From an uncultured Magnetococcales bacterium (GTDB lineage Bacteria > Pseudomonadota > Alphaproteobacteria > UBA2136 > JAPKEQ01), in contig CAXHDG010000006.1 of the NCBI GenBank assembly GCA_964015495.1, positions 27,566-91,565 of the forward strand: a stretch of 64,000 bases of DNA, given 5' to 3'. A program made the translations under genes and the position numbers. Shown piece after piece: positions 22,481 to 31,133 of the stretch (the first letter of the stretch is position 1; each line of letters starts with the position of its first letter). Under the pieces are notes generated by a model that did not search any database, was not told the origin of the DNA, and was given only the letters and a program-made list of their open reading frames with translations.

Positions 22481-22658
22481 ACTTAACTATCTTTCTATTG
22501 GTTATCCGCCGTTCGAACGTATATCTCCTATAGATACACTCCGGCAAACTAAAGGGTTTCATACCCCTTTTACGCACCCATGTCAAGCCTTTGCGCATAT
22601 AAACTTCAAATAAATTTTAATTTGTCAAGGGGGTGCAACATAGGGCAAACTCATTTTT

Positions 22659-23369
22659 ATGACTATGGAAACAGCACTTTTCTTCGGACTTATCGCACTG
22701 GGCATTCTCCTGTCCAAAGTACCTATTGTCAGGTCCCCCTTCGATTGGATGGAAACTTTTTTCCATGAACTCAGCCACGGACTTGTCGCCACATTCACCT
22801 TTGGATGGATGAAACGCATGAAGCTAAACTTTGACGGTAGCGGCCACTGCGTCACAATGGGCGGCATGCGCATCCCCACCCTTCTTGCGGGCTACTCGGG
22901 CGCAGTTCTTTTTGGCATGGCCATATACCTTGTGGGATGGCACATCGGAAAAGGTGCCTTTACTGCATTTGATCAGCTCTACGTGCTTCGTATTCTTATT
23001 GGCCTGTTTGCTGTTGTCACACTCATTTCTGTAAGAGACATCACCACACTTATTATTATGATTTTTATGATAGGCGCACTCGGACTCCCTATATATTACG
23101 CAAACTTTTTACAAAGCTTCCCCTGGTATCTAGAGTTCATCGGGCTTTATATTATGAAAGGTGCACTCATTGCGCCCCTACACTTGATTGACGGCAGGCA
23201 TGTAGGAGACGGTGCAGAACTCGCTGACCGTACCTTCATCCCAGAAATCATTTGGATTGTGCTCTGGCTTGCTTTTGCCCTCATGGGCATCTACTACCTC
23301 TACCTTGTGAACGTACACCAGGATACAGGCCATGCATGGTTCATGCTTACACAAAGCCTGCCATTTTAA
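22659..23369 (+). CDS. Membrane metalloprotease-like protein (Peptidase_M50B-like)
   Basis: Polytopic membrane protein with an HELSHG (HExxH) motif in the first cytoplasmic/TM boundary. Confidence 0.55.
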   Translation: MTMETALFFGLIALGILLSKVPIVRSPFDWMETFFHELSHGLVATFTFGWMKRMKLNFDGSGHCVTMGGMRIPTLLAGYSGAVLFGMAIYLVGWHIGKGAFTAFDQLYVLRILIGLFAVVTLISVRDITTLIIMIFMIGALGLPIYYANFLQSFPWYLEFIGLYIMKGALIAPLHLIDGRHVGDGAELADRTFIPEIIWIVLWLAFALMGIYYLYLVNVHQDTGHAWFMLTQSLPF

Positions 23370-24244
23370 GCGGCAAGTTTTTCAAGTACATCTTGCACAG
23401 AAATATCTGAAATATCCTGCTTTTGAAGAAGCTTCATCAAACTACCGCGCGGGGCAAAGGTTTCTGGGCTACTTCCCTCACCAAACAGCATCACACCTTC
23501 TGCGCCTACAGAGGCTGCCAGATGCGTTGAACCCGAATCATTACCAATCACAGCATTAGAAGCCCACATGAGCGCTGCTGATTCCTCTGGCGCCAAATCA
23601 AGCACCTTTAAACCATGTCCTGCCTCATGCTGAACTTCGCTCATCAAATCTTTTTCTACAGAAGTTCCAAGGAAAACAAGCTGCTCTAGATCCCTATCAA
23701 GCTCTTTTGCAAGCGCAGCGTAATGCGGCCAGCGCTTTTGCTTAAGGCGCTCAGACGAACCTGGCAAGAGAACAGTAAACTGCCCCTCATCTAACGCAAA
23801 GCGATCAAGCACGCGATCCACCGTATTTGCAGCCACTGAAATTTGTGGTGCAAGGGCAAAAGCATCCTCTGAAATATGCAGCCCCCTCTCATGCAGAGAG
23901 TCTAGCACCATATCACTCACATGCTTATGCTCTGGGTGCGCATAAGCTCCAAACAAATTCTGCTCCAACTTATCTTGAATCCCCATCACAAGGCGCGCAT
24001 CCCCAAAGTCTGAGTGTACATCGGCGTAAATATTCAAATCAAGCACCGCATCAAAAGAGCCCACAGCCTCAGGCCCTGCCTGCTTTGTGCATGGAAACAG
24101 GAAAGAAAGGAGCTTTGCATCCCCCCGCATAAGAGAGACATCATACACATCATCCAGCGCCTCAATAATACCTTTAAGTAAAATGTAATCCCCAAAGCCC
24201 GCAAGTGGCGCAATGAGTAACTTAAAATTCTGCATATCTGTCAT
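23366..24244 (-). CDS. Glycosyltransferase family 9 (heptosyltransferase-like)
   Basis: The C-terminal IGNDSGSTHLAA block is typical of GT9 ADP-heptose:LPS heptosyltransferases. Confidence 0.7.
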   Translation of the reverse strand: MTDMQNFKLLIAPLAGFGDYILLKGIIEALDDVYDVSLMRGDAKLLSFLFPCTKQAGPEAVGSFDAVLDLNIYADVHSDFGDARLVMGIQDKLEQNLFGAYAHPEHKHVSDMVLDSLHERGLHISEDAFALAPQISVAANTVDRVLDRFALDEGQFTVLLPGSSERLKQKRWPHYAALAKELDRDLEQLVFLGTSVEKDLMSEVQHEAGHGLKVLDLAPEESAALMWASNAVIGNDSGSTHLAASVGAEGVMLFGEGSSPETFAPRGSLMKLLQKQDISDISVQDVLEKLAA

Positions 24245-24273
24245 TGACTGACATCCTCCCGAGTATAAATAAT

Positions 24274-24696
24274 TTAACGCCCACCAAATTCACAGCTCAT
24301 ACCATTCCAGCGGTAGCCAGACATACAAACAATTCCGCCACCTGACGACGTTACAGAAAGACAACCACTACCATCAGCATTTGCATGGCCTGGCGCATAC
24401 AGCTTTGAGCTTTCAGCGCAAGCTATAGCCGAATCCAACTGCCCCCTCAGGCCAGAAACTTCAGCATTATTAGCCGCCTTATAAGCTGCCAAGTCTGCGT
24501 TTACAATGTTAATATCTGATTCAAGAACTGCAATGCTAGCATCCATAGCATCCTTGTAAGAGCTCATCATAGAATGCAATGACACCACCTGACGACTTAG
24601 CCCTTCAGCACTTGCAGGCCCAGCATGCACCTGCCCCAAGCAAGAAACAGCCATAACAGCGCCGCAAATTAAAATTTTTAAAGCATTCATAACCAT
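24274..24696 (-). CDS. Secreted hypothetical protein (140 aa)
   Basis: N-terminal signal peptide (ILICGAVMAVSCLGQVHA), a coiled-coil-like middle and a Cys-containing C-terminus. Confidence 0.5.
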   Translation of the reverse strand: MVMNALKILICGAVMAVSCLGQVHAGPASAEGLSRQVVSLHSMMSSYKDAMDASIAVLESDINIVNADLAAYKAANNAEVSGLRGQLDSAIACAESSKLYAPGHANADGSGCLSVTSSGGGIVCMSGYRWNGMSCEFGGR

Positions 24697-24802
24697 ACCC
24701 TTCTATAAAACATCTAAACCCATTTACTTCTTCTGCTCCCAAACAAAAACAAAAACTGACAAAAAACCCTCCTCTTACAATAAGAGAAGGGTTTTTAATC
24801 GA

Positions 24803-25531
24803 TTAATCCATGAAGCCCAACTTACGTTGTGCACGCAATACATGAAGGGCCCTACGCGCACGCGGCCCACGGTTCAGTGCTTCTTCATACATGTTACGGA
24901 AAACTTCTCCCTGAGCTGCCGCATCCTCTACAGCAATATGTGTATGAGGATAACAAGGATTACTCCAAGAATCCTTCCATGTTGATGCTTTCACATCTCC
25001 AAAATGTACCTTACGGCGCAACCCAAGAAGGTAAGACTGGATATCTAGCCCTTTATTACCAAAAGGGTTTTCCATATCAGACATCTCAAAAGCCGCACTA
25101 AACCAGTGAAAATCATAAGCGCCTGGACGCGCAACAGGAATAACGTCAACCAAATGAGGATCACGACACGACCAAGCCTTTGCTGATTTTAGCCAAGCCA
25201 GCATGCCTTGCATAGCAGCATCAACAGGGACTTGGTTAATTTGAGTGGCATGATACAAAGACATATAATGCTCATCTTGATGCCAAAATTTTTCCATCAC
25301 CTTCTCGTCTGGCATTGCGCCCTTTTGAGGACGGATATTCCGGCTATAAAACTCTGGAAATCGACGAAGCGCACGACACTTAATGCCCCAGCGACGGTTA
25401 ACAACATAAACGTCCGTTACATAAGCAACAGCACCAATTGATAGAAGATTATTTCGATAGGGCGCATGCCCATCAGCTTCCATATCTACACTCACAAAAA
25501 GTGTTGGATTGTAAATTCTTTCCCAATGCAT
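24803..25531 (-). CDS. DEDDh-type 3'-5' exonuclease-like protein
   Basis: Exo I-like VDMEADG near the N-terminus, YDFHW in the middle and H-IAVEDA (H-x4-D) near the C-terminus. Confidence 0.5.
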   Translation of the reverse strand: MHWERIYNPTLFVSVDMEADGHAPYRNNLLSIGAVAYVTDVYVVNRRWGIKCRALRRFPEFYSRNIRPQKGAMPDEKVMEKFWHQDEHYMSLYHATQINQVPVDAAMQGMLAWLKSAKAWSCRDPHLVDVIPVARPGAYDFHWFSAAFEMSDMENPFGNKGLDIQSYLLGLRRKVHFGDVKASTWKDSWSNPCYPHTHIAVEDAAAQGEVFRNMYEEALNRGPRARRALHVLRAQRKLGFMD

Positions 25532-25616
25532 GAGAGATTTACCTCATAAAAAGAAACATAAGATGACTTTATATATCCTTTATAAGGGGGAATACACACA
25601 TGAAGCAAAATGAATC

Positions 25617-26393
25617 TTACTTTTTAGAAAACTTTCTTTGACGCTGCACTTCATAAAGCGCAACACCAGAGCTAACCGACACATTAAGAGATTCCACAGA
25701 TCCTGCCATTGGAATTTTAGCCAGATCATCGCAGTTTTTGGCAACCAGATCACGTATACCCTCACCTTCGCTGCCCATAACAAGTGCGATTTTTCCGGTC
25801 AAACGCTTTGCGCTTAAAGGCTCTGTTGCTTCACCTGCAAGACCAATAACCCAAAAACCTGCCTTTTGCAGTTTTTCTATTGCGCGGTTCATGTTACCTG
25901 CTTGCACAAGCGGCACTGTTTCTAGTGCACCGCTAGCAGCCTTTGCCACAACGTCACTAATACCCGCACTGTTATAGCTTGGCACCAAAACTCCGCCACA
26001 GCCAAAAGCATCAGCGCTTCTCAGGCAGGCGCCAAGGTTATGCGGATCAGTCACCTGATCTAAAATCAAAAGCACATCACTTTCCAGCACATCCTCTACA
26101 AACATTTCAGGAAGCGGCGCGACACGCGCAGCCACGCCCTGATGCGGACGGCCTTCAAACTTATTATCAAACTCTTGCTTTTTTAAAATAGCAGGACGGT
26201 AACCGTATTGTTTAATCCAACCTTCTTGCTGATCCGTTGAGAGAAGCTCAATCACATCTCGCTTACCTTTTGCAAGCACAGCCTCAACCGCATGACGGCC
26301 AATTAACCACGAACTACCTTCACCCTGCTTTTTAGGGGCGTTTCTCTTATCTTGTGGCTTTGCTTTGCGTTCATGCTTTGGGCGGAAACTCAT
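25617..26393 (-). CDS. rlmB: 23S rRNA (guanosine-2'-O-)-methyltransferase, SpoU/TrmH family (RlmB-like)
   Basis: N-terminal basic tail plus a SpoU substrate-binding region, then LVMGSEGEGIR and IPMAGSVESLNVSVSSGVALYE motifs. Confidence 0.8.
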   Translation of the reverse strand: MSFRPKHERKAKPQDKRNAPKKQGEGSSWLIGRHAVEAVLAKGKRDVIELLSTDQQEGWIKQYGYRPAILKKQEFDNKFEGRPHQGVAARVAPLPEMFVEDVLESDVLLILDQVTDPHNLGACLRSADAFGCGGVLVPSYNSAGISDVVAKAASGALETVPLVQAGNMNRAIEKLQKAGFWVIGLAGEATEPLSAKRLTGKIALVMGSEGEGIRDLVAKNCDDLAKIPMAGSVESLNVSVSSGVALYEVQRQRKFSKK

Positions 26394-26489
26394 CTGTCAG
26401 GTCACTCCATACTATTTGTGTATTTGGTATGTATCATAAAAGAAAATAAGTGCCGAGAAAAAAAATTCAAGCCCCACACACCTAAAAAT

Positions 26490-26520
26490 GCAAAAAGCCT
26501 CACTAAAAGCGAGGCTTTTT
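26490..26520 (-). terminator. Rho-independent terminator
   Basis: Stem AGCCTC/GAGGCT flanked by A- and T-runs, directly downstream of the 26543 gene. Confidence 0.65.
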
Positions 26521-26542
26521 GAAAAACACACAGAAACCAAAC

Positions 26543-27091
26543 TTACGGGTTTGGCACAATCACAAATGTAATTGTATCTGTATAAGTTCCATTTGGCACA
26601 CCAAGCGGCGCGCCAGTATCCGTTACCGTCACACGAATATCAGATGTATCACCACCAGCTGTCACGCAGTCATCATCTGTGCCCGTTGCCGTTGTTACAG
26701 TATAAGTTACTGTTTCATTTAGCGCGGAGTAAGCACCTGCACCAAGCGTATCATTCTGATACTCAAGTCCATATACAATGTTATTGGCACCAAGATTCAT
26801 TTGGTAACCCGGACCTGCCGAGTTTGCTGAGGTTGCTGTAATATCGTACTGGTTTGCATTATTGTAATAAATACAAGCTCCAGAAGTACCAATCACATCA
26901 CCGCCACCAGGAACATATTGCGCAAGAACAACATCAGCAAGATTACTGACCTTTACTTCTTCTAGTACATCCATAGTGACAACAAGCGTACCTGTTGATG
27001 TGACACCAGCAATACCTTGAGTTGCTGCCTGCGCAGACGCAGCCATGAGAACTCCAGCACATATTGCTGTTAGCGATTTTATGGGGGTCAT
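26543..27091 (-). CDS. Secreted beta-rich protein, SCPU/Csu-pilin-like or DUF4402-like (paralog 1, 182 aa)
   Basis: Signal peptide ending ASAQA. The C-terminal G-Y-DTIT-V-V strand resembles pilin/SCPU termini. About three-quarters identical by eye to the next gene. Confidence 0.4.
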   Translation of the reverse strand: MTPIKSLTAICAGVLMAASAQAATQGIAGVTSTGTLVVTMDVLEEVKVSNLADVVLAQYVPGGGDVIGTSGACIYYNNANQYDITATSANSAGPGYQMNLGANNIVYGLEYQNDTLGAGAYSALNETVTYTVTTATGTDDDCVTAGGDTSDIRVTVTDTGAPLGVPNGTYTDTITFVIVPNP

Positions 27092-27237
27092 CGCATTTTC
27101 CTTTTCTTTTTATTATATATGCCTGACTACCTGTAGACATATATTCACACCAAAGAGGGCATAAACCAGCCACCTTCCATGCACCTTATCAACCACAACA
27201 AATGATCAACAAGTAGGAATTATCCATTCTTTAGAGG

Positions 27238-27267
27238 TAAAAAGCCCCACGACTGCGGGGCTTTTTA
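27238..27267 (-). terminator. Rho-independent terminator
   Basis: Stem AGCCCC/GGGGCT flanked by A- and T-runs. Confidence 0.65.
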
Positions 27268-27286
27268 AGCATAGACAGTCTTCGGC

Positions 27287-27835
27287 TTATGGGTTTGGAA
27301 CCACTACAAGCGTAATTGTATCTGTGTATGTACCGTTGGCTACACCAAGTGGAGAACCAGTATCTGTCACAGTTACACGAAGATCAGATGTATCACCTGT
27401 CGCTGTTACACAGTCATCATCAACTGATGTTGCTGTGTTAACAGTGTATACCGTTGTCTCGTTCATAGCAGAATACGCACCTGCACCAAGAGCATCGTTT
27501 TGGTATTCTACAGCATATGGAATAACATCCGCACCAAGGATCATTTGGTAACCAGGACCTGCTGAGTTAGCTGATGTCGGTGTTATGTCATATTGAGTAG
27601 CGTTGTTATAGTAAACACATACAGGAGAACTGCCTGTAATGTTACCACCACCAGGGACATACTGCGTTAGCGGGATATCTACTAGGTTACTAATTTTAAC
27701 TTCCTCAAGTACATCCATAGTGACAACAAGCGTACCTGTTGATGTTGGACCAGCAATACCTTGAGTTGCTGCCTGTGCAGACGCTGCGGCCATTACACCG
27801 GCACACGTTGCTGAAAGTAGCTTCATGAGTTTCAT
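27287..27835 (-). CDS. Secreted beta-rich protein, SCPU/Csu-pilin-like or DUF4402-like (paralog 2, 182 aa)
   Basis: The MKLMKLLSATCAG start at 27835 has an AAGGA RBS, whereas the ORF-track start at 27865 is GTG. Same length and architecture as paralog 1. Confidence 0.4.
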   Translation of the reverse strand: MKLMKLLSATCAGVMAAASAQAATQGIAGPTSTGTLVVTMDVLEEVKISNLVDIPLTQYVPGGGNITGSSPVCVYYNNATQYDITPTSANSAGPGYQMILGADVIPYAVEYQNDALGAGAYSAMNETTVYTVNTATSVDDDCVTATGDTSDLRVTVTDTGSPLGVANGTYTDTITLVVVPNP

Positions 27836-28175
27836 CGCGATTTTCCTTTTCATTTTTATTGGCACATGTCTTACCTACCTGCTCGACATATATGTGCACC
27901 AAAGAGATTAACACATTATTTTCTCTCCTGTGCATATTATTCGACTCCGAGAAGTCATATTATTATGTACTTTGTAACAAATGGTTACAGCCTGTTGCAT
28001 ACTTGCACACAGTATTTATGGATATACAGGAGCAAGATAAATGCCGATTTCCCTAGGATTTCCGCAAAAAATATATATTGTCAGGAATCTGTCAGAAATT
28101 TATTGCATGCAACACCACGCTCAGCAAGGTTTTTACTAAAAATATGTCAGGAGTAATTTTTTTTCATATTCCCCA

Positions 28176-28202
28176 TTGACGTATACAGAGAGTTTCTATA
28201 AA
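28176..28202 (+). promoter_or_regulatory. Candidate promoter for tRNA-Cys
   Basis: TTGACG (28176-28181) and TATAAA (28197-28202), about 20 nt upstream of the tRNA. The 15-nt spacer is short. Confidence 0.3.
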
Positions 28203-28221
28203 AGTATTCAACGTAACCCAC

Positions 28222-28296
28222 AGGCCGGATGGCGAAGTGGTAACGCTGCGGATTGCAAATCCGCCATGCGTGGGTTCGAATCCCACTCCGGCCTCC
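28222..28296 (+). tRNA. tRNA-Cys (GCA)
   Basis: Cloverleaf read by hand: acceptor GGCCGGA/TCCGGCC, anticodon stem GCGGA/TCCGC with loop TTGCAAA, T-arm GTGGG-TTCGAAT-CCCAC and an encoded CCA. Confidence 0.9.
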
Positions 28297-28574
28297 ATTG
28301 GTTCCCAAACCAAAGGGAAGCCAAGGGATACAAACCTTTTCATTAAGGTTTTACACTAAAAATTTGGGAAATATAACCTGAGTTTTTGCAACTGAACTAC
28401 AAAAAGTGTCCAAAACTGTACACAATTTGTAACGGGAAGCAAATAACACTGGACATTTCGCAAATATTGGGGAAAATTGGCAAGAATACTTTGATTTTTG
28501 AAAAGCAAATGTACACCTTGTACATAAGCGATAAGAAAAACAAAAGATTTACACCAAGCTAACCAAAACACTGT

Positions 28575-28650
28575 TCCGATGTAGCTCAGTTGGTAGAGCA
28601 AATGACTGTTAATCATTGGGTCACAGGTTCGAGTCCTGTCATCGGAGCCA
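28575..28650 (+). tRNA. tRNA-Asn (GTT)
   Basis: Acceptor TCCGATG/CATCGGA, anticodon loop CTGTTAA, T-arm ACAGG-TTCGAGT-CCTGT and an encoded CCA. Confidence 0.9.
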
Positions 28651-28653
28651 TTT

Positions 28654-28685
28654 AAAACCCCTAGGAAACTGGGGGTTTTAATTTT
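28654..28685 (+). terminator. Rho-independent terminator after tRNA-Asn
   Basis: Stem AACCCC/GGGGTT followed by a T-rich run. Confidence 0.55.
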
Positions 28686-28738
28686 CTCCTCCCTCAAAAA
28701 AAGTAAAACACCCCGCCTAAGCGGAGTGTTTTTTCGAT

Positions 28739-28969
28739 TTAGTCGCCCCATTTCCATTGTTGCGTGCTTTCACGCAGATCCTTTTGGGCTGCGTTGAACT
28801 CGTTCAGAGAGTATCCCAACATGCAAAGCGCCAGCACAACGAGGATGGCGTATACCTCTGCACCAATGTTGATGCCAACGAGCATCAACACAACTGCGAT
28901 GGCGCAGAGCGCCATCATAATCCATAGTACGTTTGTGAAGAGTTCCATCAAAGCCATGGCGTTTTCCAT
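28739..28969 (-). CDS. Small membrane protein (76 aa, 2 TM)
   Basis: Two hydrophobic helices, followed on its strand by a hairpin/T-run at about 28706-28735. Confidence 0.45.
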   Translation of the reverse strand: MENAMALMELFTNVLWIMMALCAIAVVLMLVGINIGAEVYAILVVLALCMLGYSLNEFNAAQKDLRESTQQWKWGD

Positions 28970-29083
28970 TTTATTTCTCCCGAAAAAAACGTACCTTCAT
29001 CCCCAGAATAGGGACGACAAAAAAGGTACGCTTTAAAAGATGTTTAGTACATACTTATAAAATGAGACATTAGAAAAAACTGT

Positions 29084-30454
29084 CTATAGAAGCAGAATCG
29101 CCGCTAGCCCTAAAAACGCAAAGAAGCCGCCCACATCTGTAATGGTGGTGAGAAGTACACCTGAGGAAATGGCAGGGTCTTTGCCAAGCTTATTGAGCGT
29201 CACTGGAATTACATAGCCCGCCACAGCCGCCAATACATGCACAATAATTGTTGAAAGCGCAATAACCACGCCCAGCATAAAGTTGCCGTACACAACCCAT
29301 GCGCCAATAGCGAGTAAAAACGCCAAAAGCAGGCCGTTAAAGCTACCTACGGTAAGTTCCTTTTTAAGAAGCATAAAAGCATTTTGCCATGTTACCTGCC
29401 CCATACCAATGGCACGGACAGTTACAGTTAACGTTTGCGTGCCTGCATTTCCGCCCATGCTTGCCACAATTGGCATCAGCACGGCAAGAGCGACCAGCGT
29501 TGCAATTTGCTCTTCAAACAGTGCAATTACCATAGAGGCCAGCACTGCGGTAAATAAGTTTACAATCAGCCATGGTAAGCGCTGTTTCGTAATAACTGCA
29601 ACGGGAGCAAATACGTCTTGAGATTCATTCAAACCGGCACTTCTTAGCTGCTCTTTCTCATGACGTTCTTCAACTTCATCAATAACATCATCAATGGTAA
29701 TCATACCAACTAACCGCCCTGCTTCATCAACCACGGCGCAATCAATCAGGTCGTATTTCTCAAATTTTTCAATCACATCATCAACGTTTTCACCTGTAAG
29801 AGAGCGATACGTATTCTGGCGCATAACATTTAAAAGTTTTTCCTTCGCTTTAAGGCGCACAAGGCGAGACAGCGAAATGCTCCCCACAAGTACATTATCT
29901 GGCGAGGTAATAAACACGCTATGAATATTGTCGGGCAGACTATCGTGAGGTTTTTGAAAATCACTCATCACGTCGCCCACAGACCAGTTAAGTGGCACTT
30001 TATACACTTCAAGCTGCATAAGAGAGCCGGCCGTATCATCCTCATACTTAACCAGCTGCTTTTCTTCTTTGGACAGCGCTTTAATGGCTTTTTCAGCCAC
30101 GTCCCCATCCATATTTTGGACAATATCAACAACATCATCACTATCTAGCTGCTTAAAAGCGGTTTTAAGATCTTTATTTGGCAGCTGTTCAACCAGGCTC
30201 TCTTGTGCAGCGTCAGATGTTTCAGCAATCACATCTCCCAGTACGCCTTTAGGAATAAACGGTACTAAAAGCTCGCGCTTTTCTGGCGGTAGCTTATCAA
30301 TAAGTTCGGCAATATCACTCGGGTGAAGCGTGAGAAGAACATCAGAAACCCCTTCCCCCTCAGCTTTTAGGGCGTCCCAGACCTCTTTATAGAGGCTATC
30401 AGTCAGGGGCTGAACATCATGGCGTGCTTGTTTTGGATCTGATGGTGCTGTCAT
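29084..30454 (-). CDS. mgtE: Magnesium transporter MgtE
   Basis: MgtE N-domain, a CBS pair region, and a C-terminal TM domain with the MGGNAGTQ motif. Confidence 0.9.
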   Translation of the reverse strand: MTAPSDPKQARHDVQPLTDSLYKEVWDALKAEGEGVSDVLLTLHPSDIAELIDKLPPEKRELLVPFIPKGVLGDVIAETSDAAQESLVEQLPNKDLKTAFKQLDSDDVVDIVQNMDGDVAEKAIKALSKEEKQLVKYEDDTAGSLMQLEVYKVPLNWSVGDVMSDFQKPHDSLPDNIHSVFITSPDNVLVGSISLSRLVRLKAKEKLLNVMRQNTYRSLTGENVDDVIEKFEKYDLIDCAVVDEAGRLVGMITIDDVIDEVEERHEKEQLRSAGLNESQDVFAPVAVITKQRLPWLIVNLFTAVLASMVIALFEEQIATLVALAVLMPIVASMGGNAGTQTLTVTVRAIGMGQVTWQNAFMLLKKELTVGSFNGLLLAFLLAIGAWVVYGNFMLGVVIALSTIIVHVLAAVAGYVIPVTLNKLGKDPAISSGVLLTTITDVGGFFAFLGLAAILLL

Positions 30455-30616
30455 GATCTACCCCCCTTTAAATGTGTGCTGCGTACTGCTATTGAATGAA
30501 TTCTGTATTCAGATGCCTTTAAGCTAACAAGGATCAACGCTTACTTCAAGGGGGCATTATGGGTTTTCCATAAAAAATGCCCCCTGCTGTTGCGCAGGAG
30601 ACATGAATTTTCGTTT

Positions 30617-31036
30617 TTAGCTCGGCGGCTGAAAGTTTTTCAAGACCTGCCACATTTGGGAAAAATGATCCTCTGAAAACTGATACTGTTTCACTTTACT
30701 AAACTCATCAGACATAACAGACAAGTGGCGCACACCCTCCATATTATCTAGAACATTATGCAGTTCATGCAAAACAAATGGCGAAATTTGCGCTTGGCTT
30801 AGGCCATGGGATAATGCTTGCTGCATAAAATGAAGAGAAACGTTCATGCCCCTATCCATTGACGGCTGAATATCCACATAGATGGCTTCCTCAGTTGGTG
30901 TAAAGGGCGTTTCATAAACTTCGGGTGATACCGCCTGAAACTGACCAAGACAAACACCATCAAGTGAGTATCGCATGGTATAAAGCATACCATTCAATGC
31001 CGGGGTTTTTAGGGTTAATACGGTAAGCGTTTTCAT
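30617..31036 (-). CDS. Hypothetical protein (139 aa)
   Basis: Intact ORF with a hairpin/T-run downstream (about 30573-30606). No motif recognised. Confidence 0.45.
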   Translation of the reverse strand: MKTLTVLTLKTPALNGMLYTMRYSLDGVCLGQFQAVSPEVYETPFTPTEEAIYVDIQPSMDRGMNVSLHFMQQALSHGLSQAQISPFVLHELHNVLDNMEGVRHLSVMSDEFSKVKQYQFSEDHFSQMWQVLKNFQPPS

Positions 31037-31133
31037 AAGAGATACACTCCATTACTAAGAAAACAGGCAGAAAGGTAAGAGTTTTCTCTTTATAACAGAA
31101 GTTTTACTGAAGCGCAATAAGTGTATACACTAC

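Noticed and set aside
28356-28757. A 133-aa minus-strand ORF between the two tRNA genes.
   Set aside because: It overlaps tRNA-Asn and the downstream terminators, and it has no RBS. The region is better explained as tRNA spacer and terminators.
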